Source: Rhodothermales bacterium
GTDB lineage: Bacteria > Bacteroidota > Rhodothermia > Rhodothermales > Bin80
Direction of reading: 5' to 3'
NCBI GenBank assembly: GCA_963663495.1
Contig: OY760427.1
Span: 5,586,170 to 5,650,169 of the forward strand
Length of the DNA stretch: 64,000 bases
Part shown: positions 1-9,099 of the stretch, one piece after another
Position numbering within the stretch: the stretch's first letter is position 1
Layout: every line of letters begins with the position of its first letter
Made by a program: the position numbers and the translations under genes
Notes under the pieces: model-generated
What the model saw: the letters and a program-made list of their open reading frames with translations, nothing else
Database searches by the model: none
What the model was told of the DNA's origin: nothing

Positions 1-713
1 TACTTCCTCGCCGATGTACTTCATACCCGCGGTGCTGCCCTCCGGCTCAACGCGGATCACCTCTCTGGGCAGATGGTCCGGAATCGGCCCGCGCACCGGC
101 TTGTTCTTCCCACGCCGCTTGCGCTTTACCAGGACATACTCCTCCTCCTCGGGCTCAACAGCTACTGGTTCCTCTCCAAACAACCGGCCTTGCTGCGCAT
201 TGTCCGCCGGCGTGTAAGGCTCACTCTTTTTGCCTCAGAGTAGGCGATACGCTTGTTCCAACCTGTCTTCCAGATGGCTAATCTTCGCAGCCAGATCGGC
301 AATTGTCGCAGCCAGATCCGCGTTGTTCTTGGATAGACGATCGGCTTTTTTCTCCAAGCGACGGACCTGTTTTCGCAGATCCTTGTTCTCAGCCTCTTGG
401 TTTCTTAGCCTCTGAAAAAGGGCTTCACCGGCAGGAGAAGAGGGGGAGAAAGATGCCTTGGACCGCATAGTTCATGTACATCTGCGTCCTCCACAATGTT
501 CCGGTTCTTCTCCCCAAAACCCATGTTTTTTGTCCCAAAAGACGCTGATTGCTGCCTGCACTCAGGCGCCTGGACGATAAGCTGCACACCACTCCGAAAT
601 TCCCATATCGGCACACCAAACCCGGCGTATAATCACCTTGCACTAAGCTCTACAAGCGGACTACGCAGACCAATGCTAAGCCCGCTTTACCATGTACTTT
701 ACCGTACGGATAC
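1..713 (-). mobile_element. IS66-family element, left end and 5' part of tnpC (pseudogene; runs off the window start)
   Basis: TIR ATGTACTTTACCGTACGGATAC at 692-713 is the reverse complement of the end at 6339 (1 mismatch). Sequence is near-identical to 6339-7050. Premature TGA after ...EQAYRLL. Confidence 0.9.
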
Positions 714-1373
714 TTCGGCGTCAACGTCAGCGCCGACTTCAAGCGTCTGTGTGGCGACGACAATCAGGTGGCGTTCTCGCGGAGACGCTTGATCACGGGA
801 CGCCGGGATGCCGCTGACCGGATCCAGGATGCGGCTGCGGATTCTCTCAGCCTCGCGCTCTCGTGTTCGTCCGGTCAGAAGCACGACTTCAGGCGGGTGG
901 TCCGTGGCTTTGCCGGATCTGGATGTCAGTTTGTTGTAGACAGCCCTGGCCGTAGCTGGTGTGTTTGCAAACACCAAGCATGCCGCCGGCGCAGATGCCT
1001 GCTCCAGAATAGAGAGGGTTTCCTGCACGAGTCCACTGACGACATCACGATCGCGCGCCATTCTTCTGACTCGGATCGTCTTCGGCGCGTCAAGACGCTG
1101 CCGCACAATGGAATTTGCTTCGTCCTCGGTATCGAGATTGAAGCGGTCTTGAACCAAAGAGTCACCGGTAGCGGTCAGCGACACAACCCGGAGTCTGGTT
1201 CTTGCTCCGGCCAAGAGGGGCCGAACATTGCGCGTGCACTCGCCAAGGTCCGGGACTAGGCGAACCAAATGCTTGGCCAAATGAGCCTCGTCAACAAGAA
1301 GCCGGCCGGACGGGCGGGCGGGAAGCCCATAAAGGACGTTATGCACTCCTCGCGGCCAGAACGGGAGCCGCAC
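714..1373 (-). pseudogene. cas3: Fragment of a type I-G (I-U)-like Cas3 helicase, truncated at both ends
   Basis: SF2 motifs LLVDEAHL, SLTAT, LVFANTPATARAV, LLTGRTRERE and VVATQTLEVGADVDA. No HD domain. Cut by the IS66 end at 713. Confidence 0.75.
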
Positions 1374-1416
1374 AGACAGACCGTGCCCGGAATGGCGGGG
1401 GGCGGACCGCGCGCCG

Positions 1417-2034
1417 CTAGGATGTGACCGCGATGGCCTGCCTGCTGTAGGCCCCGGCCAGCGCTTCCTGAAGGAGGAAGTCCGAGAGGTCAGCGCGACC
1501 GATGCGCCCCATCTTCCCCGTGTTGGTGGCGGTGACGTTGCCCGAGGCCGGGGCGTCGGTGAGAATGGCGGCGCGGACGATGGTCCAGTCCATCGAACTG
1601 GTCCTCACGAGCGCTTCCTGCGCCGTGTGGTCCGCATGGATGTTGCGCAGAAGCGTCCTGAACAGCACCCGGGCCAGCAACGGGACCTGCCTCCAGCTCT
1701 CCCCCACTCCTGCGGCCGACAGGATGACGAGGCGCTCGACAGCGTGCCTCGTCATGCCGTCCACGATCATCCTCGTCCCCTTGGTCAGGGTCGTCCGGTC
1801 GCGCAGGCCGTTGCTGCCCAGCGCGACGATCACCGCGTCGTGACCAGCGACCGCGTCCGCGACCGAAGCAGCGTCCGTGACATCGCCCTGAGCGATACGA
1901 AGGCCGGCGGACCGCTCGAGCTTGTGCGGCGAGCGCGTGAAGGCAGTGACGCCGTGACCCCGACCCAGCGCATTCTGCCAGACATGCTGTCCGGTCTTGC
2001 CGGTTGCCCCGAAGACGATCAGTTTCACGGCCAC
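1417..2034 (-). CDS. NAD(P)H-binding protein (flavin reductase/atypical SDR family)
   Basis: N-terminal VFGATGKTG Rossmann motif; DWTIVRAAILTD; 205 aa. Confidence 0.9.
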   Translation of the reverse strand: MAVKLIVFGATGKTGQHVWQNALGRGHGVTAFTRSPHKLERSAGLRIAQGDVTDAASVADAVAGHDAVIVALGSNGLRDRTTLTKGTRMIVDGMTRHAVERLVILSAAGVGESWRQVPLLARVLFRTLLRNIHADHTAQEALVRTSSMDWTIVRAAILTDAPASGNVTATNTGKMGRIGRADLSDFLLQEALAGAYSRQAIAVTS

Positions 2035-2417
2035 TCCCCGTCGTTGTCGTACTCCGCCGGTCGCCGCTGAACCGCCGCCAGGATCCGGGCCTCCATGTCC
2101 CTGCGGTCTTGCCGCGCCCGGTCGAACCGTTCCCCCATCCGGGCTTCTACCCGGTCTATCCGCTCGCCCATGTCCTGCAAGCCTCGGTTGACACGGGCCT
2201 CCACGTGGGGGAAGTCGTTGGTCGCCAGCTTCTCGGCCAGTGCCCTCACCTCTGCACTCACCCCGTCCGCCGCCTCTCGGGCCGCTTTCTCCGAAAGCCG
2301 GTTCGCCTGCGAAGGAACGTTATCAATGATAATGACATCGGCCGGTTCGTCATCTGAGGTGGATTCCCACCGCCGGTCGGTCTGGTAGACTCCGCCTTGG
2401 TAAACCGCCGGCTTCAC
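2025..2417 (-). CDS. Hypothetical coiled-coil protein
   Basis: 130-aa ORF overlapping the next gene start, with an imperfect MGERIDRVEAR/MGERFDRARQD repeat. Confidence 0.55.
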   Translation of the reverse strand: MKPAVYQGGVYQTDRRWESTSDDEPADVIIIDNVPSQANRLSEKAAREAADGVSAEVRALAEKLATNDFPHVEARVNRGLQDMGERIDRVEARMGERFDRARQDRRDMEARILAAVQRRPAEYDNDGEWP

Positions 2418-2904
2418 CGGACTGCCGTGTCCCCCGCAGGGCTCAAGTTTTGTATCAATCCTGATGCCATCCTCGAAAGAATCATCCGAGCATGCCTCCA
2501 GAGCATTTCCATGTCAACCAGTTTAGCCATTGAAGAGCCTCCTTGCATGAGCAGCTTGGTATGCTACCTCTAACCGTGAGTTCCCGCATCTATACGCGGT
2601 TGTAGCCGGTTACAGGCCTCGGCTCACACAGGCGGTCATTTACCCGAACGAACCAAGCAAGACGGACCGCAAACCAATGTAAGCCCGCCGCATTTAGGAA
2701 TACAATTGCGGGTTGGGTTGACCAGTCCGCTCTGCGGATGTGATAGTGGACTTCGCGCAAGCGCTTGACGTGAGAGCATAGCAAACGATCTGCCTTCAAT
2801 GGAGGAAAGCGCGACGGACTTCCACATGTAGTAGCATCAAAGGCCGGACAGGGGATGTGGACATGGTTTCGGTGGGTTCTGCACTATTCTGCGGCATCAC
2901 TCCC

Positions 2905-3534
2905 ATATCCGGTGAAGTACATATTAGCGATGGCATTTACTCTCTCAATTAGAGTAGGTTAGACCGCGGTCCGAAGGTCAATAGGCTGGCGTCGGTTGGA
3001 TGTGTAGGAGTCATAGTACCTAGCAGCGTGTTCGCAGACCCGTACACGGATCTATCTGATGCCCCGGGGCGCCTGTTTAGGGATTTCTATGCCGCTTTCT
3101 TAGCGATAGCTTGCTGCGACTCCTGCTAGGCTTTCCAATGATGAGGCAAGAGTTTAGCCATGTGGCCGGCAGGACATGTCGGAAGACTGCGTAGTACATC
3201 GCTAAGCCATTCAATTGGGTTTACCTCCTGCAGCTTGCATGGCGAGAAGTGCGTACGGCACGGCGGGCGCTGCCGCATGCGACCCCACAAACAGATGATT
3301 CTTCCGGCCCAGTGCTGTCGTACTTCCACGACGATGCACTTCAAACCCGCAGAGCCGCCTTCCGGCTCAAGGCGGATCACCTCTCTGGGCAGATTATCTG
3401 GAATCGGCTCGCGCACCGGCTTCTTCTTCCCAGGCCGCTCGCACTTTACCAAAATAAACTCGTCCTGGTCCTCCTCTGGCTCAACAGCTACCGGTTCCTC
3501 TTCAAACAAGCCAGCCTTGCAGCGCATTGTCCGC
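2905..3534 (-). mobile_element. Internally deleted IS66 remnant (right end plus pieces of tnpC)
   Basis: Degenerate right end ATATCCGGTGAAGTACAT. The C-terminal ...LLPHHWKA region is joined directly to the N-terminal PIPDNLPREVIRLEP region. Confidence 0.85.
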
Positions 3535-4384
3535 CGGCCGTACTCTCAGCGGGAGGATCCTCAGAAGCGGAAAGCCCCTCAAGGATTTTGTCAATGGTGC
3601 GCTTCGCATCGCTGATTTGAACGTGGAGCAACTCAAGTTGCTGGACAGTAACATTAATGCGGTCTGTGGAGGCCTCTACGACCCCCGGGGCAACGGTTAC
3701 GGGCTTGGATCGCAGTATATCCAGAACATCCTCAGCTTTGAAACGCCGTATGCGGTGTTTCTTCAACAACTTGGCTATCGTAGCGTGGCGAACCCGTCGG
3801 GCACGCTCTGGTGTGGAGGCAAGCTTCCAGAGTTCTAGCACCCATGGGGCTGCAAGGTTAACCTTGAGCTTGAGGAACTGCGGGTAGTAGCGCCATAGTT
3901 GCTCCCGCAAACGGTTGGTGCGACTCGTACGTTGGGCCGTAAGCTCGTCGGACATACGTGACCACTCACGCAACCGTACAATCTCGGCATCAAGCGCATC
4001 AAGCGCACGCAGACTATTCGGATCGGTTCGGATGGCGTCCGCCAGTACACGCGCATCTCGGCGGTCATCTTTTGCACCGGCCGGTGAAAACCGATCCCGG
4101 AAGCGATCCAGTTGCTTGGGGTTGATAGAATAGACCTGAAGCCCCCGATCAAACAGACTGTCTACCACGGGGCCGTGAGGAACCTCAATGGCTGCTGCGA
4201 TACACCCCGCATCGCAGCCTGCTATGGCAATGATCCAGTCGAGCAGCTGGCCAAGCCCCTCCCCCGAGTGAGGAAAGGCTCTCTCGCCAAGGACGGTACC
4301 GTCCTTGGCAAGCACGCAGGCTTGGTGGGACTCGGAGCCCCAGTCAATGCCTGCGAAGATGAAAGGTGAAGGGATTGTGGGCAT
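3535..4384 (-). pseudogene. IS110-family recombinase, C-terminally truncated
   Basis: ATG at 4384. DEDD RuvC-like motifs FAGIDWG, AIEVPHG and KDDRRDARVLA. The C-terminal Tnp domain is replaced by IS66 sequence at about 3535. Confidence 0.9.
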
Positions 4385-4388
4385 AGTT

Positions 4389-6311
4389 AGTGTTTGCCAG
4401 AAAAAGGTAGGAGGGCTGAAAAACGGCGAAACAAGGCCGTTTGATACTCGTTCTATCCACCTGTAAGCGTTACGGTTACAGATGGATATGAGCCATACCG
4501 TATTTGCACATTGCAGATTATTCAGCCAGCGTGTCTCTAACGAATGTTTGGCCAAATCCTTCTGTTTCGGGCGTTTTCATCGATATAAGGCCCCTTGGGG
4601 CCGATTATTCATACGATTAATACCATGCGGATTGTAGAGGATACACAGTTTAAGCTCGGGCAGGTCCCCATTGAAGAGATGACCTTCCACCCCAAAGACC
4701 GGGACGATATACCGGCAGTGCTAAAAGGTCTGCAGCACCTGTATTGCGACCCAACGGCTCGGCAGAAGATCTTTGAGATCCTGGAGACGCAGTTGCTTCC
4801 GAATATTGATTTGCAGCGTGGTCGTCCGGGGATGGCACTTTGGCGCGTCTTTGTCTTGGGGGTATTGAAGCAGGCCCTCAACTGCGACTTTGATCGTTTG
4901 AGGAGCCTGGCCGCCAATCATTTGGAGGTGCGCCAGATGCTGGGGCATACGAATTTCTGGGACGAGCCTGTCTATCAGCTGCAGACCGTTATTGATAACG
5001 TGAGCCTGCTAACAGCGGACATCCTGAAGCAGATCAACGATGCGGTGGTGGCTTGCGGTCACCGATTGGTAGAACAGGAGCCAGAGGAGCCGCTTCTTGG
5101 CCGGGTTGATTCGGCGGTGGCCAAAGCGAATGTGGAGTGGCCTACGGATGTTCGTTTGTTGTGGGAATCGATGCGGTGCCTGATTCGGGAGTTGCATTGC
5201 GCATGTGAGGCGCACAGCCTTGCGGGCTGGCGCAAGGCTGTGTACTGGAGTCGTACCTTGAAGAAGGCCTTCAACCGGGTGCGTACGCACCGTCAGTGGC
5301 GTGATGAGTCGAAGGTGAGAAAGTATGTGAAGATGTGTCGTGTTCTGATTGAGCGTGCGGAGAGCAGTGTCAGCGTGTTGAAGGAGAAAGACGCGGATCT
5401 TGAGGAGGTGTTGCGGTACTTGGCAGATGCACAAAGGCAGATAGATCAAGTAGATAGGCGTCTATTGAAGGGGGAGGTGATTCCGCATGATGAGAAGGTA
5501 TTTTCGATACATGAGCCGCATACTCGTTGGATCACCAAGGGGAAGGCGGGGGTGATTGCGGAGTTGGGTCTGCCGGTATGCGTGCTGGAGGATCAGCATC
5601 AGTTGATATTGTGGCATCAGATACTGCACGAAGGGGTGGATTCGGATATGATTGTGGGGTTTATGAAGGAAGCGAAGGATCGGTATCCGGCGATCACATC
5701 GTGCAGCATGGATAAGGGGTACTCATCGGTAAAGAACCGTAAGGCGCTGGAGCCGGTGTTGGACACGGTGATCATGCCGAAGAGGGGTAAGTTGAGCAAA
5801 GCGGACAAGGAGAGGGAATCCGATCCGAAGTTTGTGGAGGGTCGTCGTCAGCATCCGGCAGTGGAGTCGGCGATCAACAATTTGAATCATCGGGGCCTGG
5901 GTTTGATACGGACCCGTGGCAAGGAAGGCTTTGTTCGAACGGTGGCGCTGGTAGTGGTAGCGGCGAATGTGCACCGTATCGGGCAGATAGTGAAGCGGAG
6001 CGAGGAGCGACGAAGGCGGTGCGAGCAGGCCCGCAAGCGCGCGGCGTAGGTACTCGCGCGAGCGTCTTCAGCACAGAATCAAGGTAGCCTGCAAGGGCGA
6101 GAGGTCAACGTATGTTCATGCCTCGCTGATGGACGACAAAAACACGTCTGATCAACGTCAAAACCCTAGGATTGCCGGCGTGAGCGGACAAAGTCGGCAC
6201 CGTTACCGTCGAAAAATCCTTGCTGACTTGTCATTCCGATCCCCAATTCGAATTCCAGCCCCCCACTCAGCCAAGAGTCGCTCGCAAGACCATACTTTTC
6301 TGGCAAACACT
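4389..6311 (+). mobile_element. ISNCY-type insertion sequence, complete
   Basis: Perfect 16-bp TIR AGTGTTTGCCAGAAAA at 4389-4404 and 6296-6311. 4-bp duplication AGTT at 4385-4388 and 6312-6315. Confidence 0.9.
4625..6049 (+). CDS. DDE transposase (ISNCY/IS5-like)
   Basis: Intact ORF with GRPGMALWRVFVLG N-terminal block and acidic motifs RVDSAV, SMDKGY and VESAINNL. Family assignment by recall. Confidence 0.85.
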   Translation: MRIVEDTQFKLGQVPIEEMTFHPKDRDDIPAVLKGLQHLYCDPTARQKIFEILETQLLPNIDLQRGRPGMALWRVFVLGVLKQALNCDFDRLRSLAANHLEVRQMLGHTNFWDEPVYQLQTVIDNVSLLTADILKQINDAVVACGHRLVEQEPEEPLLGRVDSAVAKANVEWPTDVRLLWESMRCLIRELHCACEAHSLAGWRKAVYWSRTLKKAFNRVRTHRQWRDESKVRKYVKMCRVLIERAESSVSVLKEKDADLEEVLRYLADAQRQIDQVDRRLLKGEVIPHDEKVFSIHEPHTRWITKGKAGVIAELGLPVCVLEDQHQLILWHQILHEGVDSDMIVGFMKEAKDRYPAITSCSMDKGYSSVKNRKALEPVLDTVIMPKRGKLSKADKERESDPKFVEGRRQHPAVESAINNLNHRGLGLIRTRGKEGFVRTVALVVVAANVHRIGQIVKRSEERRRRCEQARKRAA

Positions 6312-6583
6312 AGTTATGCTATTTTGTGAAGAACGACAGTATCCGTACGGTGAAGTACATGGTAAAGCGGGCTTAGCATTGGTCTGCGTAGTCCGCTTGT
6401 AGAGCTTAGTGCAAGGTGATTATACGCCGGGTTTGGTGTGCCGACTTGGGAATTTCGGAGTGGTGTGCAGCTTATCGTCTTGGCGCCTGAATGCAGGCAG
6501 CAATCAGCGTCTTTGGGGACAAAAAACATGGGTTTTGGGGAGAAGAACCGGAACATTGTGGCGGACGCACATGTACACGAACT

Positions 6584-8221
6584 ATGCGGCCCAAGGTATC
6601 TTTCTCCCCCTCTTCTCCTGCCGGTGAAGCCCTTTTTCAGAGGCTAAGAAACCAAGAGGCTGAGAACAAGGATCTGCGAAAGCAGGTCCGTCGCTTGGAG
6701 AAAAAAGCCGATCGTCTATCCAAGAACATCGCGGATATGGCTGCGAAGATTAGCCATCTGGAAGACAGGTTGGAACAAGCGCATCGCCTACTCTCTGGCA
6801 AAAAGAGTGAGCGTTACACGCCGGCGGACAATGCGCAGCAAGGCCAGTTGTCTGGAGAGGAACCAGAAGCTGTTGAGCCCGAGGAGGAGGAGGAGGAGTA
6901 TGTCCCGGTAAAGCGCAAGCGGCGTGGGAAGAACAAGCCGGTGCGTGGGCCGATTCCGGACCATCTGCCCAGAGAGGTGATCCGCCTTGAGCCGGAGGGC
7001 AGCACCGCGGGTATGAAGTACATCGGCGAGGAAGTAACGGAGTACCTGGAATATGTGCCGGGCTTCACGAGGGTAGTACGGATTGTGCGGCCGAAGTACG
7101 TTGTCTGCAAGGAGCCTCGCAAGGGGGTGGTCATAGCGCCGTTGCCGAAGCGTGTCATACCGAAGGGGAAGGCGGGTCCGGGGTTGTTGGCGTATTTGGC
7201 GGTAGCCAAATACGTGGATCATATGCCGCTATACCGGCTGCGGAAGAAGTTTCAGCGCCATGGCGTGAAGCTATCGGCTGCTACAATGGGGGATTGGATT
7301 GCGAAGGTAGCGACGTATCTGGGTCCGTTAGGAGATGCGTTGCGTAAGGAGGTGCTTCGTAGCGGGTATCTGCAGGTGGATGAGACAACGTTCCCGGTGC
7401 AAAAGCCGAAGAAGGAAGGGAAGGAGAAGAAAGGGAAGAAAAACGAAGGAAAGACGCATCGCGGCTATCTTTGGGTATACCTGGCACCGCGGGCGAAGGT
7501 GGTGATGATGGATTACAGCCCGAGCCGTGCGCGCGCTGGACCGTGGGAATTCTTGCGCGGATATAGAGGGGCGATGCAAACCGACGGGTATGTGGTGTAC
7601 GATGCGTTTGGTACGCGGGGCGGGATAACGCTGTTTGGATGTATGGCGCATGCGCGTCGCAAGTTTTATGACTGCAGGAAAAAGGAGCCCAAGAAGGTGC
7701 GCCATGTAATGGAGGAAATCCGGCAGTTGTATGCGATAGAGCGTGGGTTGCGTAAGGAGGGAGCTGGTCCGGCTCGGCGTGTGGAGGTACGACAGGAGGA
7801 GGCACGGCCGGTACTGGAGAAGTTGAAGCCATGGCTTGAGGAGAGTCGTGAGCACCGGCCGAGTGCGGGATGGGATGAAGCCGTGGGGTACATGCTCAAC
7901 AGGTGGGAGAAGCTGGTTTGTTACCTGGAAGACGGCAAGGTTGAGATTGATAACAATCTGGTCGAGAACCAGATGCGAGCGATTGCGCTTGGTCGAAAAA
8001 ACCATCTGTTTGCGGGATCGCATGCGGCAGCGCAGCGGTCCGCAGTACTGTACTCTCTTTTTGCCACATGCAAGTTGCAATCGACAAACCCGATTGAATG
8101 GCTTACCGACGTACTACGCCGTCTTCCGACACATCCTGCCGACCGCATGGCTGAACTCTTGCCCCATCATTGGAAAGCTAGTCGGGACTTGCAGCAAGCT
8201 ACCGTCAAGAAAGCGGCATAG
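6584..8221 (+). CDS. tnpC: IS66 transposase TnpC
   Basis: Leucine zipper followed by GKKSER; LQVDETT, QTDGY, GCMAHARRKF, IDNNLVENQMR and ATCKL motifs. ORF is open from 6491; ATG 6584 is the likely start. Confidence 0.93.
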   Translation: MRPKVSFSPSSPAGEALFQRLRNQEAENKDLRKQVRRLEKKADRLSKNIADMAAKISHLEDRLEQAHRLLSGKKSERYTPADNAQQGQLSGEEPEAVEPEEEEEEYVPVKRKRRGKNKPVRGPIPDHLPREVIRLEPEGSTAGMKYIGEEVTEYLEYVPGFTRVVRIVRPKYVVCKEPRKGVVIAPLPKRVIPKGKAGPGLLAYLAVAKYVDHMPLYRLRKKFQRHGVKLSAATMGDWIAKVATYLGPLGDALRKEVLRSGYLQVDETTFPVQKPKKEGKEKKGKKNEGKTHRGYLWVYLAPRAKVVMMDYSPSRARAGPWEFLRGYRGAMQTDGYVVYDAFGTRGGITLFGCMAHARRKFYDCRKKEPKKVRHVMEEIRQLYAIERGLRKEGAGPARRVEVRQEEARPVLEKLKPWLEESREHRPSAGWDEAVGYMLNRWEKLVCYLEDGKVEIDNNLVENQMRAIALGRKNHLFAGSHAAAQRSAVLYSLFATCKLQSTNPIEWLTDVLRRLPTHPADRMAELLPHHWKASRDLQQATVKKAA

Positions 8222-8360
8222 GAGCCCCTAAACAGGCGCGCCCGGGTCATCCGACTAGATCCGTGTACGGGTCTGCGAGTACGCTGTTAGGTACTTAACT
8301 CCTGCACACCCAACCGACGCTAGCCTATAAACCTTCGAACCGCGCCCTAACTTACTCTAA

Positions 8361-8389
8361 TTGAGAGAGTAAATACCCTCGGTTATAAT
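8361..8389 (+). promoter_or_regulatory. Outward-facing sigma70-consensus promoter in the IS66 right end
   Basis: TTGAGA-N17-TATAAT. The -35 lies inside the inverted repeat TTACTCT-N7-AGAGTAA. Identical copies at 17684-17712 (minus) and 63408-63436. Confidence 0.55.
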
Positions 8390-8417
8390 GTACTTCACCG
8401 GACGGATACGAACGACA

Positions 8418-8587
8418 TGTGATTACGAGTCATTGCGACACTCCACCTGTCCCTGTATCGGTGCTCTACGGCACAAACTCCCTACGGGGGGTATAATCGC
8501 AGTATTCACCCGGGGCACTGATCCCCCCCAGGCATTCAAGATGCAGGGGGCAGTTGGTTGCTCCCGGGCAAAAGACTCGCGGTAGCC
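8418..8587 (-). ncRNA. Candidate IS110 non-coding (bridge-like) RNA segment
   Basis: Lies directly upstream of the IS110 ATG once the inserted ISs are removed. Contains two adjacent imperfect hairpins with internal loops (about 8435-8501 and 8509-8568). Confidence 0.35.
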
Positions 8588-8630
8588 CTGCCCTGTACCC
8601 ATAAATCATCCATTACGGTTCGATTGTTCG

Positions 8631-8956
8631 TCAGGTATGGTCAACTCTCGCTGGCATGGCTGTCGGAATATCTCGGGTATTTCGGCCTAACAGGTATGGT
8701 GTGTGACTTGAGGTGAATAATGCCATCCTCTCGTGCGGATACGCGATCTCTTCCTGCGCCGCTTCCCTTGGCGCTGCATTGCCTACATCCACGAACCCTC
8801 GGCTGCAGTCTCCTGGCGATACTTCTGCCTCCAGTAATTCAACGGTCCGTACGAGATGCCCTGCTCTGCGCAAGACGCCGCTGCGGACCGGGTCCTTTCG
8901 TTATACTGCTCTACCAGCGGAAACATCTCTTCCGCCGTACGTCTGGGCTGTACCAG
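8631..8956 (-). pseudogene. Frameshifted IS66 TnpA-like accessory gene carried inside the IS4 element
   Basis: EEMFPLVEQY...QGISYGPLNYWRQKYRQ, then after a frameshift GFVDV...EIAYP, resembling IS66 TnpA. Start is CTG here and ATG in the copy near 62997. Confidence 0.6.
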
Positions 8957-9099
8957 GCGGACGGTCCGGGGTCTGGGTTCTCACGTCTACGGGTAAGCTC
9001 TACAGAACCCGTCACCTAATCAAGATGCAAGTTCACCGCACGCTCACGCAGGTGTAGCCACTGGGACATAGGCCCACATCAGGCAGGTTGATATGCCAT

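Larger units (their letters stand above)
6339..8409 (+). mobile_element. IS66-family element, complete, tnpC only
   Basis: 22-bp TIRs GTATCCGTACGGTGAAGTACAT and ATGTACTTCACCGGACGGATAC. 8-bp TSD GAACGACA at 6331-6338 and 8410-8417. Confidence 0.95.

Noticed and set aside
714-1373. Functional link between the cas3 fragment and the CRISPR array
   Set aside because: They are 62 kb apart, the cas3 is a fragment, and the repeat does not look like a type I-G repeat.
2420-2904. Short ORFs in this interval
   Set aside because: No recognisable motifs in any frame; probably decayed sequence.
7400-7450. A/G-rich expansion (KEGKEKKGKKNEG) in tnpC as a programmed slippage site
   Set aside because: It is in frame and absent from the copy near 18640; a simple local expansion.
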